A stretch of DNA of 64,000 bases, from NCBI RefSeq assembly GCF_964204645.1, contig NC_134032.1, forward strand, positions 2,166,416-2,230,415, read 5' to 3'. Source of the stretch: Tubulanus polymorphus (lineage: Eukaryota; Animalia; Nemertea). Both the position numbers and the translations under genes were made by a program. Shown here piece by piece: positions 49,151 to 62,803 of this stretch. The notes under the pieces were generated by a model, which saw nothing but the letters and a program-made list of their open reading frames with translations, searched no databases and was not told the origin of the DNA. Numbering within the stretch: position 1 is the first letter of the stretch; each line of letters begins with the position of its first letter.

Positions 49151-50652
49151 TTTTGAACTTTTTAAAACTATTTGCGGATTCAATTCGTAATAGTAACTGT
49201 GTCCATGGGTTTCTGCACAACTGGGAATCGGACAACTGGAACAAATACGCAGATATCGAGGGCGATGTATCATTACTGTTTATCTTCAACCTCCTTGAAA
49301 TATATATATAAACGAAATATCATTTTCTCGATAAAGAATCCACGCGGGTTAAAGATTATTACTCGAATCGGAAAGAGCTACGCCTAATTAAACCGACAGG
49401 TCGTCGAATTGTTGATATCGAATTTAACGTAACTTATAGCTTAAAGAAATAAACAAAACCCAGCGATTTGACGAGTGAGGCGATATAGGATAGGTCTTAT
49501 TCGATCGATTTCCATCGTATCCCTATAACAATAACCCATATCGGCGCGATGGCGAACCGACGTAGGTTGTTATATAGGCTGTTATTTCAGATTACCGGAG
49601 AATAGTAAAAATAAACAGTTTGTTTATCACGAAGCGGAACAACACTGGCGCGAATGGAGCGTGTGCCAGTGAATGGCTTGACACGGGCCATATTGCGCCG
49701 AAACCCGCACCAGAAAGGCGTGAAAATGAACGCAATGTTTTTCGAAGGCGCTTAATGATTAGAACTCTTTTTGCCGGAGAAAAACTAAACCATTATCCAT
49801 GCTGGAAGGCTCGGCATTTTCTACCTTGGAATAGGGATGATTTCCCGCTTGCCGGTATATATTCATGACAAATGATTTGATTTCCACATAGTTTTGGTTC
49901 TGTCCCTTACAAACCCACCAGATTTCCGATTTCACAATCAAACCCCCTGTTTCGCTCCCGGCAGGTATGGTGCGTTTGTATAAGGGACAGCGAATTAAAA
50001 CAAATCAAACGAAATCTACCAATCGAATAAATTACAGGGTCAATCCCTATTTCAAGATTAAGAAAACGTGAAAATTTTGAAGGGTTAAGATCATAGCCCA
50101 TTTACATAAGTTTTTTTTTTTAATTATTGGAACATCATGAATAAGTTTAGTTCATCTTCAATGGTTAACCCAGGCTGCTGCTGCTGCTGCCGCTGCTGTT
50201 TCTGCTGCAACTGCTGCCGCTGACGCTGCAGTTCAAGGCATTGATAAGAACCACACGCGCCAGATCAGCGCGGATATCGTATTTTGATACAGGTAGTTTG
50301 AACAATGCGGGTGTTGCGTGTCACGCACGATACGCGCGCGTACTCCGATCTACTGTTTATAGAAAACCGCTGAAATTACAGTTACAACTTCTTGTGAGGG
50401 TAGAGACAGGAGACACCTGTTCCAGCGATACTGTAACAACTTACTTACAGCTCGCACTGAGACTGGATCGCGGCTGCTATTGTATTACTGTTTTCATAGC
50501 GTTATCAGCTAAATATCGATCTATAGTATTTTGATGAAAGGCAGACGTTGTGTTCGCGACCCGTGTATCTACAATGTGGTGCTTTTAATGAAATGAATGG
50601 AATTGTTTTGTACAACGAATATTTCATATCAAACAAAACTGATATAATCATA

Positions 50653-51397
50653 TTTGACTCTAGATCCAGTTGCACAGTTGTGTGGGTTTAATTTGACTCT
50701 GGATCCAGTTGCACAGTTGTGTGGGTTCAATTTGACCCTGAACCCAGTTCCACAGTTGCGTGGGTTTAATTTGACTCTGGATCCAGTTCCACAGTTGCGT
50801 GGGTTTAATTTGAATCTAGGTCCAGTTCCACAGTTGTGTAGGTTTAATTTGACCCTGAATCCAGTTCCACAGTTGTGTGGGTTTAATTTGACTCTGGATC
50901 CAGTTCCACAGTTGCGTGGGTTTAATTTGACTCTAGATCCAGTTGCACAGTTGTGTGGGTTTAATTTGACTTTGGATCCAGTTGCACAGTTGTGTGGGTT
51001 CAATTTGACCCTGAACCTAGTTCCACAGTTGCGTGGGTTTAATTTGACTCTGGATCCAGTTCCACAGTTGCGTGGGTTTAATTTGAATCTAGGTCCAGTT
51101 CCACAGTTGTGTAGGTTTAATTTGACCCTGAATCCAGTTCCACAGTTGTGTGGGTTTAATTTGACTCTGGATCCAGTTCCACAGTTGCGTGGGTTTAATT
51201 TGAATCTAGGTCCAGTTCCACAGTTGTGTGGGTTTAATTTGACCCTGAATCCAGTTCCACAGTTGTGTGGGTTTAATTTGAATCTAGGTCCAGTTCCACA
51301 GTTGTGTAGGTTTAATTTGACCCTGAACCCAGTTCCACAGTTGTGTGGGTTTTAATTTGACTCTGGACCCAGTTCCACAGTTGTGCGGGTTTAATTC
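50653..51397 (+). repeat. 39-bp family B array, about 19 units
   Basis: Tandem units; accounts for the 233-aa repetitive ORF. Confidence 0.96.
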
Positions 51398-52806
51398 GAT
51401 TTTTTTTTTGATGCCTCAGAACCGATACTTGCATTTAAGGCAAACTCGGAGGATGTATTATGATAATCCTGCCTAAGTACCTGTATGTAAACCGACTCGC
51501 GGTGTCTAGTACTATAGCAACAGCTGATCGCTGCGCGGTCGAGTTACGGGACTGTCGATATCAACACCAGTAAATCGATACAATTTTCTAGTAATTGCCG
51601 TGACAAAATTGACACTCGACGCAAAACCGCCAAGAACGTGTTTGAACTCGAAATTTTCACGATCATCTCGATATATTCTCAAGTAAAAGGGCTGCTTTTA
51701 GACGAAGTTACGGAATTTTGAAAAAAATGCACCGTCTTGTAAAAACGTGTTGGACGCAAACAACTCGGTGAAAAATATTTAAAAAAAAGCTTTCTGATTA
51801 GTATCGCGTGAAAAACGTCCAGAGATATAAAATGTATATGAAAATTGACGACATTGATGTTTTCGTGTTCAAAAGGCCAACAGAAATCCTAATCAGTGGT
51901 TTACCGGTTCAGGCTATATGGACGGAATATTAGTTGATCTTGAATGAACTGGTTCCGAAAATTTCAATTATCTATACTTCCAAATAATTAAATTTGACCG
52001 ATGACCAACCAGTTTTATCCGTACTTCGATTTCCGATTTCAAAATCAATCAACCCCCTGTTTCGTTCCCGGCAGGGACTCAATAGATAGCTAGAAATGAA
52101 ATTGGTTAAAATACATGAGAAGGAAAACGATCCCTATATCGAGATGGAAGAAAAAAAGATGATGTCAATGTCCCCAAAAATAAATAATTTTTTGAGGCTC
52201 AACATTTTAGTACTTTGGACGACTAATTGACCTAAGATTGCTGAGTCACAGATGCATGCAGTCTTGGATTATCTAAGACCGATAAGTAAATAAACATATT
52301 CAACATGCGTTTTAAACCGAAGTCAAAATCAAGCCCATATAACACTGTTCTAATGCGATCGATTACAGTTCTCGCGTTCAGAACCAGGGTCGAATCAGAC
52401 CTTATTAAAACGACGAATACAAGCAGTGTGAGTATATCGATACTAGACGATGGAGGCTTCCTCGTTCGCGGAGGACCATTGAAATTTGTTTAGGTCTATT
52501 ATTCTGACCCGACGTATAATAATATAAACAGGTCGATTTATGCAGGTATAATCCATGGTCCATTCAACCTGATAAAAGCTATTGTCGACGAGTGGATGGT
52601 TTTATCGTTATAACCGCTTTGTTTGTGGCCTCCAATTTCGATGTGAAATCGTTTTTGATAATCGCTATTTTATAATCGGCTACCTGCAACTAAAAAGCTT
52701 CCTGGTACTGTGAATTTGGCTTCAAACTAGCAAAATAGCCGTGATCGAATTTTGCCCGGAACGCCTCCAAATATGTCTTTTCGATGACCAAAAATTCTAG
52801 GTCCAA

Positions 52807-53230
52807 GTCGAAACGTTGAATAAACTACACTAGCTCAAGGAAACATTTTAGACTCTTTTTATTCTTAGTGTGCAGGGATTTTATATTGTCTTTACAACAC
52901 GAACTCAGAGTGTTTCATCAATGGTTATAATGAGGACAACATCAGCATTCCTGAAGATGACTATTAGGATATAGTCGAAACGTTGAATAAACTACACTAG
53001 CTCAAGGAAACATTTCATACTCTTTTTATTCTTAGTGTGCAGGGATTTTATATTATCTTTACAACACGGGCTCAGAGTGTTTCATCAATGGTTATAATGA
53101 GGACAACATCAGTATTCCTGAAGGCGACTACTAGGATAAACGTTGAATAAACAATATATCAAGCAAACATTTCGGACCCTTTTTTATTCTGCAGGGATTT
53201 TACAACACGAACTCAGATTGTTTCATCAAT
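52807..53230 (+). mobile_element. Retrozyme-like tandem array: 167-bp monomers with hammerhead motifs at the junctions
   Basis: GTCGAAACGTTGAATAAAC at 52807 and 52974. Intact hammerhead at 52947-52988, internally deleted copy at about 53114-53148, 3' half only at 52807-52821. Confidence 0.85.
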
Positions 53231-54008
53231 TCTACGATTGCTTATACCCGGAAATCGATTATCTAGCTACCCGGAAGCTGTCACACACGCGCAATCTGAA
53301 ACAAACCCGCATCACTAATTTATACTTCTGTTTAAGCAACAACAACAACAACAGCAGCAGCAGCAGCAGCTACAGTAACAGGTGCCTGGTCGGTATACAG
53401 GATGCCCATTTGAATTGAAGCGTCATTTTTGAATGGAAATAGGCTATTATGTGATTGAATATAGCTAATTGTTTAATTCATACAAAATAATTATGCATAT
53501 GGACGATATTTTTACTGATTCGCGCATTTGTTTAGGGATATATACATGTAGGTCAAATTTTCGAGTTCAAAAATTCGATTCTTTAAAGCTTCCATCAGAT
53601 TGAAAATGAACTGATTTCAATTTCCTATCAAATTTAACTATATAACGTGTTTATCCTAAGTCGATTGAAAACGAATTCAATTCAAGCCCGATTTAAAATC
53701 TAAACGGGGTAAAAACAACATTATCGATTGGTATCTAGATAGCCCGTGCACTGACTGAGAAAATATAAGATTTAAAGCCTTGACCATAAACTAAATTGAA
53801 ACATCTGGAAAATTAAAAATTCATTTAGAATTGATAAAATAATTTCCGTTTTTATTTTTTAAATCTTAGAATAGCTGGTTTTAATCTTATCATAAATACA
53901 CACACTAGGCACAAAAAAAGGCCGGATTTTGGTCGATCGCCTCCAAAAGCGGTGCCGAATTAAGAACGTGCAATTAGGTTCGGTAGCGTGCGCGCCACCG
54001 AACATAGA

Positions 54009-54080
54009 GGCTCGGTGGCCAAGTGGTAAGGCGTCGGTCTCGTAAACCGAAGATCCCGGGTTCGACCCCCGGCCGGGCCT
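54009..54080 (+). tRNA. tRNA-Thr-CGT: tRNA-Thr (anticodon CGT)
   Basis: 72-nt cloverleaf: acceptor GGCTCGG/CCGGGCC, anticodon stem TCGGT/ACCGA, CGT at 54041-54043, T-arm CCGGG-TTCGACC-CCCGG. Pol III terminator TTTTT at 54084-54088. Confidence 0.96.
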
Positions 54081-54657
54081 TGATTTTTCGTCGACAAAAT
54101 GTATTTGTCCGATTATGATGACGTTCATAAATTCCCTTCTAAGTAACCCTCATATCCTATTTTTAAAACCTACGGGAACTAATCACAAATATGATTTTAA
54201 TAATAGTAATTACGCGATCTGTATCTCATGGAGAAAAACCCGAATTCTAGATGATGAACTCGATCCAGGGGTTCCAGGATGTTCTATCGAGTAGTAATTC
54301 TTTCAGGAAGGAAAGAGTCTTCTGTGTTTTTGATAGCTGTTTATTGTCTCAAGGCCCCGATGCGCTCTAATTTAAAACGATACTATCACATTTCAATTGA
54401 GCGATTTATTGACAAGGACGTGGTGATTCATATTCATAAATTTGCCCCATTTTCCACGCGCGGATAATGCGGGCCGAGACATTGCAAGCTCGCATATTCT
54501 GAATCTATCGTTTACCAGAAATAGAAAATCTCATTTGATAGAATGCTAGTGATTACTGAGCCATCAACAACGTGGGATTTTTTATCTGAACAACAAGTCG
54601 AGACTCCAGGCCTGAAAGTCCCAATTCTAAACGCGGGTCTAAACTTGTAAGATTAGA

Positions 54658-55020
54658 TAGAACCAAAATAAGCTAAGATTGGTCATAATTTGTTAGGTTA
54701 TAGGTTATAGGTTATAGAACCAAAATAAGCATAGACTGGTCTTAATTTGTTTGATTGGTTATAGAACCAAAATGAGCTTAGACAGGTCTTAAGTTGTTAG
54801 ATTGGCCATAGAACTAAAATAAGCATAGACTGGTATTTATTTGTTAGATTGGTTATATAGAACCAAAATGAGCTTAGACTGGACTTAAGCTGTTAGATTG
54901 GCTATAGAACAAAACGAGCTTAGACTGGTCTTAAGTTGTTTGATTGGCTATAGAACAAAACGAGCTTAGACTGGTCTTTATTTTTTAGATTGGTTATAGA
55001 ACCAAAATGGGCTTAGACTG
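54658..55020 (-). repeat. 47-bp family A array, about 8 units
   Basis: Reverse-oriented units. Confidence 0.92.
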
Positions 55021-56199
55021 AAGCTGACTTAAACCGGTCTTATTATGTTTTCATGGGATAAGGAAAGCATTTTTTTTCACTTTGGAACACTGTAAATTGC
55101 ATCTAACCCATGAACAAATTTTCGAATATACGCCTACAGCATTTTCAGTTATAAAATAAAATAGGCGCACGATCTCTCCCGGTCGCACACATGATTATGG
55201 TATACTAAGGTTCTTGATAAATACTAAGTTTTGAAAACGCTTGGTACCAGCCGCGACTTATTTGTAATTCATATTCATTGTCATCTCTAGTTAACCTAAA
55301 CCATCTTTTCGTCCGCAATGAAGCGCGTAATTTAAGAAGAATCGTTTTGCATTCAGTGACATACTCCGACCAGGCGCTGAGAAAACAAACAGAAAATCAA
55401 GATTATCGAATCATTCAGGCAAATTAGGTCTTATTGACGATGGACACATGTGGCCAGAACTTCACAAAAGAAGTCAGCATTCTAAATAGAAGCCACAGGT
55501 TTCTGCGGAGCCGCCCACCGACCGTTCGGGTTATTATATCGCCGACTCGGGTCCTAATCGTTGTTAAATTTCGCGTGAAACCAGTCGCGTTCGCTTCCCA
55601 GCCAATACCGGAAGTCGTACAGGTTGTTTATGGACCGGTTACGCCCCTATTTTGCCGGTCGCGACGCCACATCAAAGGCGCCCGTTCGCGACGCCGGCAT
55701 CGCCGGCCGAATTTACTATCATTTCGACGAGCGTTCCCGCGACCTAGGTCGTCGCGGAATTGAAGGCCTCGACGCGATCGCTCCCATGTTTTATATACGC
55801 GACAATATATTCGGCTTGTAAAACACGACAGTTTCAAAATAGGCGAAAAAATGTCGATCGTTGACTTCAATAGAAAGCGGTTTGCCGCGACACCGACTCG
55901 GGGCAAATATCGAATCGCTTTTTACAAGTCAATGAGCTCGTTAAAATAGTCGGTTTTGTTAGAAGCTTGTTTTCTCTTGGGAACCCGTTCAACCGGAAGA
56001 CGCTCATGCAAGTTCGGCCTTGTTGGTTTTTTTTCTTCGTTAAGCGCGTAGGAGTTTATAGAAAGTCTATTTGTACCTATTGCATAATCGGTTATTTGGG
56101 AGTGGAATTCTGGCCGAGTTTGGGAAGTTCGCACTTTTTTCCATTTACTGTCGATCATACCCTGAATAGAGCGCGTTATAGTACGATTGTAGAATAGAT

Positions 56200-56445
56200 A
56201 GCGAATAAAGACCCTCAGTAGATTTGTAGAAAAAGTTTATTTTCTAACAATTTCGATGTTAATTCTTAACCCCATCATCAAGAGACAATAGAAGAGACAA
56301 TAGAGAGATAATCAAGAGATAATAGAATAATGAATTACTGGTAATTCAATATTGTATTATTTCGGTCCCTGAAGATGAGATTTAGAATTAACCTCGAAAA
56401 TGAACTTTTTCTACAGATCTACTGTGTTTTTTTTTTATTCGTTAA
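56200..56445. mobile_element. Fold-back element with two divergently oriented, degenerate hammerhead remnants
   Basis: Plus strand CTGAAGATGAG…CTCGAAA (56369-56399); minus strand TTGATGATGGGGTTAA…TTAACATCGAAA; inverted tails CAGTAGATTTGTAGAAAAAG / CTTTTTCTACAGATCTACTG. Confidence 0.65.
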
Positions 56446-56637
56446 CTATCATGTGATCTAGATCAGTTCACTACTAGAATACATTACAAGATCGAAACCC
56501 GCCACAGAATTAGATCAAAAAGTCAAAAACAAATCACAGGAACTTTCTAAAGAGACCGTTCTGTCGAAATTACACAGTAAGCGACCGCTCGTGAAATGAT
56601 TTTTGATAAACCAAGCGGTTTGTTCGCATGCTCGCTC

Positions 56638-56810
56638 TGTCAGTGACGCGAGGCGAGATGCTGTTCTGAGTAACAAGTGGGTTCGAGTCCTGCTGGCGGC
56701 TTACAGTGTGCGGGCAACATTTCAAGGGCCGCGGTCCCGCCGTGAGAACTGCCCAAATAGGGTTTGTCTTGGGAAACCAAAATCCATACGACTAAAGCGA
56801 GCAAGAACTA
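56638..56810 (+). mobile_element. tRNA-derived SINE copy
   Basis: GGTTCGAGTCC B box plus the family body. Confidence 0.7.
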
Positions 56811-56881
56811 TAATTCTAGAGCTACCAGTCTAATCTTAAGACTTAATACCACATTTGGATTTAAACCGAGATTGGGGCCAG

Positions 56882-57019
56882 GGGCTGGTAGCATAGTCAT
56901 GGCTTAGACTTAAGACCAGTGTAAGACTAACTTTGTTCTATAGCAAATCTAACAATCTAAGACCAGTCTCAACGTTTAAGACCACCTTTGGACTTAAGTC
57001 ATGACTGTGGAACTGGCCC
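56882..57019. mobile_element. Solo 138-bp MITE-A
   Basis: TIRs with a CAG TSD on both sides; contains one internal family A-like unit. Confidence 0.9.
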
Positions 57020-58499
57020 CAGCGGCTTAGATTCAACTGTAGTTCCAATGTGAAATTCAAGAACGGCAGATTAATGGATTCGGGATATAGTTCTATGAAA
57101 AAGGAGTTCTGATACGGCACTTTGAAGCGAGCGTCTGTCATCATTAGCCATTGCATTATTTATTGAAACAAAACACATCTAAATCTACTTGGCGAGTATC
57201 ATTTCATAAACAACTTCGTTCTTATCATTGATATCACATCGGGCGCATGTAAACGATATATTTTATGATCTGTTTCGATGGATGCGATGATTGGTTTAGG
57301 TGTTTAGTCGCGCGCGATTCAGGGTCATCCGGAGCGGTGGCTGTTGATTGCCACGGAAATCAACACGGTGAAGATAAAATTAATTAATCGTGTTGTTGTT
57401 ACAAGTGCGTAAAACAATTTCTTGTATTGCGTGTTATCTTGATGCGTTAAATTGTGAATTCTGTTTAATTTCAACTAGAAACCTTTTATACTTGCTGAGG
57501 TCCGCATATCCGATCCAGATTAAAGCCGAGGTTGGTTCAATCTTGGCGAAAAGGACTTTACACGTGGACTAGGCATAAGTGTTAGGTGCCTTGACAACGG
57601 AACATCTCGCGCCCTTTCCACCGATTTTGTAAAAGGCCACTTGTTCCGAGATATTAAGGGTTCGTAACCACCTTTTGAGTCGCGGCGTCGGGTACGAGGG
57701 TTCATTTTTTATTCCAAGGGCTTCACGATGAAGATGTTTCATTCGAAATAACATAACAAATAGACCGCAAACATCGAGGTGTTAGACAGTTTCAATTTCA
57801 CGAAAAGCTTAACTCAAATTTCTAATTTCTTTGACAGGCTCTTCAAATTGCCCTTCATAAAGTCAGTGAATCTTATCGAGTCCAGATTTTCAAATCCATT
57901 TCTGATTTATTCAGGTGCATACTTATGATTTACAGGAAAGTTCCCCGATTCAAGGTGAAAAAGTGCCATTTTTCTTGAAATAGAACTGCCCCTCAAAAAA
58001 GGTCGGCACGGGCCGCAGGGACCTGATGCAAAAGTTTTTGACCCCAGTATCCTGTTGTTTTTTTTATTTGGGGTTAGAAAATTTTTGTGCCAGACCCCTG
58101 TGGCTGCACGGGCGTATATCGGTTATTTCATGTTTTCAATGAGGACATCCATCAAACATTTTTTAAAGCTTAAACTCGTTTGTGACTATAATAGGCCTGT
58201 TTCAGGGACCAGTATGGCCCGTATTATACCCGGGGACCATTGATTCAACAGCGTGTCCATTTTCCTCGAAATGCGCGTTCGTTCTCGGTACGAATTCCGA
58301 GTATTTTCCTTTTCAGATTTTCAATTAGGACAGAAAAAAACGGAATTAAATCTTGATTATTTTTGCGCGTTGAAAACCCGTGTTTTCAGATCGGAATTAA
58401 TCGAATTTTATTCAGACGAACTACCACGTTTGCGCCATTTGACGGTGAAAAAGAGTGACTCAATCGGAGCATAGTTCATCGACTAAAAGTGGTATCGTA

Positions 58500-58870
58500 A
58501 TGGAGCGAGTACCCGCCTGCGTGATTTACACTAGATAAACATTACAAATAAGGCAGTCGATCAAGCGTCGACGCCGACCAATCAGACGCCGCGTCGGTGT
58601 CGTCGGACACGCCCACCGGTCGACGCGATGTCAATTGAAACACGCCGGCCAAAAGTCAACGTCGTAATCATTGAGGGCATTGTAAGCCACACGATTAGAA
58701 GTTAAGAGCTTCCCGCTGCGTACGCGTTCAGATTAACTCAAATACTGCTTCGCGCGAGTTCGGATTTTAATATTCCAACCCGGGGACTGCTACACTGCGC
58801 GCCTGAAAAACTCGTCAATTTCAACACCAGAAGATGACCACGATGCGACCCGCCGCTGGAATTGTACCAG
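58500..58870 (+). promoter_or_regulatory. CpG-rich candidate promoter and first exon (possible coding start MTTMRPAAGIVP, 58834-58870)
   Basis: CCAATCAG at about 58578, CACGCCCAC GC-box at about 58608, AAGATG start context, donor CAG|GTATGT at 58871. No downstream exon identified. Confidence 0.4.
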
Positions 58871-60933
58871 GTATGTTGAGAATTTCTTCGATTTATTTTT
58901 GAAATGATTAAAAAAATCCGATAGCAATTTTCGCACATATTGTGTGTAGCCTTTGTGCGAGTCGAAAATTGTTAAAGTAAACAATTTTTGAAAAGTTTTT
59001 TTTTAAGATTCGACTTATAATAATTTAAAAATTTGTGATAATTTAAAAATTTTTAGCCATAAAAATCTACACGATTAACTGGAAGGTTTTTTGATTTCAT
59101 ATTTCGTAAATAATTCAGGCCTTCCGAACTGTTGGTTCAGAAGGAAGATGCGGAATTGTTGCGTTCAAATCGGGCCCGGTTTTCGCAGGCGAAGACTGAG
59201 CCAAAACCAGGTCTCTATCTTAAGACGGGCTTTAGAATTGGAATGATAAAACGCTTTCGACAATCGTAGCTTTCTAAGGCTTATGCAACCAGATCAGTGG
59301 TTTAAGCCCACAAAAATAAACTGGTTTGATAAACCATTTCATAGTTGCTCACCGTCATTTTGTTAGGGTACTTTTATCCTGAATTGTTGGGTCGTGGTTT
59401 TTCTTTTGAAAAACTATTTTTGATACGCGTTTTAGCATCCTTCATTGGACCAGATATAGATTTTTACAATTTTGGCATCATTTTTAGTAAATTTTGTTTC
59501 AATTGCTTTAATAGTTACTTCACGTTTTAGTCAGACACAAATTGAACCTTAGCTCAAACTTTGACGTACTTAAACCGGTTATACTGCCGAGAGTTTTTCG
59601 TTTGGCCTAATAATCTTAACGATCATGCTTGAATCGAGAGTCATAGTTGAAAGCCTCTATTGAAATGGACACCGAAATAAGCACTTTAGGGCGTGGCGAA
59701 CACAAAAATCTCGATTTACAACTTTCTAAGCCTGCGTACCTTTTTCAAATTCGCTGATTCGTATAATTTCCACAAATAAAAAGAAAACGGTTGTAACTAT
59801 AACATTGGGTAGACATATAGTTAATTAGCGATGCCCGGAGCAGCTAGGATCTCAGGATATAGCAGTTTTGGTGCGTGTTAAACCAAATTTTTTCCTAGCA
59901 AAATTGTTTTGTAGTATAGCGATATGAATTAGATTAGGCCTAAGCAAAAAAATTATCATCATTAGTATTAAGTTTCTAGAATTTTGTAATATATTGGCTG
60001 AGTTTAAAGAAATATATGGTAATGTCACAGTAACAATGTTAGTGGCATTTGCGACTGTTTAGCACCTTACCACACATAACCCCCCTCGAAGTGATAATGT
60101 CATTAACGACCTGCAAACTGAAATATCGACTATAAACGCAGGGTGTAGTTTTATCATATGAATGGATGTGGTTTCATCAAAGCATCTTTTAACCATCAGA
60201 TTGAAAGTAAAATGACTAGTTGCACCAGGATTCGACTGGCTACTGTTTTTACTAGAATCGTTATCAGCATAGACCGGTCTTTAGTTGTTAGATTGGCTGT
60301 AGATTGAATTAAGCCATGCGATTATAGAACACGCCTCGGGGGATGTTGATATGTAAACAAAACCGATTTGATAATATCGCATTTTTCATCGATGATCTAA
60401 TCAATACTGGTATTAACCAGAAAATCTGGGTTCACAGACAGCACTAATGGTCAAAACAAGTCCAGTCCATTTTTGGTATTATTGGTGCCGTATTTATTTC
60501 GGTGTTTTTCCAACAATGTCTCATATAGATCAATATTGTTTCTGGCCCAGGGGTTGAGAACAGCGGCCAAAAACCTCCTAGGGCCAGTAGTATACATGAA
60601 AAGCGAGCGCAGTAGAAAATTGTAAAAAAAAGAACAGAAAACTTTAAATAATTTTCTGAATATCTAAGGTGATTTCAAGAATAAAATTGCCACGCAGAAA
60701 TTCGCTATTGTTTATGTGACTCTTAAGTCGGGTTGTGAAGATTTTATATCGGTAAAAATAGGGGTCCGAGGCCCCCTAAATCCAACTCGGTGAACTTGGA
60801 ATTTTTTCTCACGAAAAGACCAGCCGTTCACGCGTTGTATTGTAGCCACAGCGGGTATCAGTCAGTTTTATCTTCTAGCAATAATTTGTCAAAATTTGAC
60901 TAATTACTGGAATCATTTAATGATGAACTCCAA

Positions 60934-61042
60934 GGCCCAGTTCTATTAACCGGTATTATGTTTAACCCACGGGCTTAACTTAATTATTATCGAATGAGTA
61001 ACCCCCGGGTTAAAGATAATTCCAGTCTATAAAACCGGGCCC
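60934..61042. mobile_element. Palindromic MITE family D (half copies at 4032-4068, about 14452-14522, 18610-18672, 61440-61472)
   Basis: Arms GGCCCAGTTCTATTAACCGGTATTATGTTTAACCC / GGGTTAAAGATAATTCCAGTCTATAAAACCGGGCC. Confidence 0.7.
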
Positions 61043-61134
61043 AAGGTTTTAGATTTCACTTTTTTCGCTACCCGTTATTACTGATACAACTGTTTTGGAA
61101 ATAGACCAATTCCATTCATGGCACTATTTAGAGT

Positions 61135-61394
61135 TTTTTTTTTAATTCATAGATGGACGGGAACTGAAAGAATAATTTTGTGAATACAGTCATTTAGGAA
61201 ACATTCATCTAAAAAACACTTTTTTGTTTTATTATTGCTAAAAGGTAAATCATTAGGGACCAGTTTTTTTTTTTAAATTCATAGATGGGCAGAAACTGAA
61301 AGCATAATTTTGTGAATACCATCGTTTAGGGAACACTCATCTAAAAACATTTTTTTTATTATTGCTAAAAAGTAAAACATTGGAGAACAGTTTT
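61135..61394 (+). repeat. Two diverged tandem copies of a 132-bp unit
   Basis: TTCATAGATGG at 61146 and 61278. Confidence 0.88.
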
Positions 61395-62486
61395 GGTCAC
61401 ATAACTCAATTGAAAATGAATTGAGTTAGTCCCCACAGGCTGAAGTTAATACCAGTCGATAAAACCCGGCCTGGGGGTTTAAAGATAGGTTCGATAGCTC
61501 CTCCCCCCTACGGCTACACCTCTATTCTGATATATCAACAGCGATTCGGCCTAATTTCTATGATTATTATGTTTATCGTTTAATTAAAGGTAGATATTTT
61601 CTCCGTACGCGAATCGGTGAAGCGTATCTCTCGAGATGGCCGCAAGTTTCCGTGTGATCTCGGGCGCCGCGTACCGCCGGGACGATCGATCGCGTCTGAA
61701 ACGACGCGCGGCCATAAAACCGATACCGTTCCGGCGTCTAACCACGTTTAAGGCGCGTCGGTCGTAAACTCGAGCGTCACCTGCGAATTATGAGTCTGTT
61801 TAGCGCCGGTGACCAGTCTTTCTGTCACGGTCACCGGTCCACAGCTGCGACCGGTTAAGTAATACCGCCATTCAAACGCTGATTGTCGCGACAAAAGATT
61901 TGTTTGTAATTATTGGATTTGAGTGGTTTTAGATGACTAACAATGATCCGTAGATAAAGCCGATGACAACGTGTTCCTAAATGAGCTTAAACATAATATC
62001 GCTTGAATCAAGAAGTGTCACACAATAGGATTGTTCACGATGGAATTTATTGAAATAAAACCATATCGTTGCGGCTGTTGACTAACAGCCTTCATCGGGT
62101 GGAAATGATGAACATAGGCTGCTAAACCAGGCACTTGTGCGCTGAGAATCGATGTTATTTTTGATGATATTATTAAATCTGTTTCATGGCTCGCTGCGGT
62201 TTGATGGCAGCCGTGAAAGTGTAGACTTCCCATCCGGTCAGAGATGTGCCGGGCTCTGGTCACGAGGCGCCTCAATCGCATTTCTGAAAACTAAGTTAAT
62301 TCGCATATTTCTGATAGTGGATACTGAGTTCAGAGTTAACTCTAACTCACAACTGTGGAACTGGATCCTGAGTTCAGAGTTAACTCTAGCTCACAACTGT
62401 GGAACTGGATCCTGAGTTCAGAGTTATCTCTAACTCACAACTGTAGAACTGGATTTTAACTTTTGAAAATATTCTAGAGTGGATAT

Positions 62487-62678
62487 GAAAGAGAAGGGAG
62501 AGAAGAGAAAATGATAGTGGAGAAAGAGAGTGGGAAGATTTAGAAAATGGGAGGAGAGAGATGGTAAGAGAGAGAGGGGGAGAGGAGAGATAATGAGAGT
62601 GGTGGGAGAGAGAGGGAGAGGAGAGAGTAGAGAGGGAGAGGAGAGAGGAGAGGGGGAGAGGAGAGAGAGAGGGAGAGT

Positions 62679-62711
<33 letters not shown>

Positions 62712-62803
62712 GAGAGAGTAGAGAGGGAGGGAGAGGAGAGAGGGAGAGTAGAGAGTAGAGAGGGAGTGAGCTAGATGATAGAGAGGGTGAGACCGGAGAG
62801 AGA
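62487..62803 (+). repeat. GA-rich polypurine tract
   Basis: Read directly. Confidence 0.95.

Noticed and set aside
50654-51355. 233-aa ORF of LTLDPVPQLCGFN repeats (and similar ORFs at 35.9, 37.1-37.9 and 42.6 kb)
   Set aside because: Translation of the stop-free 39-bp MITE-related minisatellite; no ATG start, and the repeat is dispersed in both orientations.
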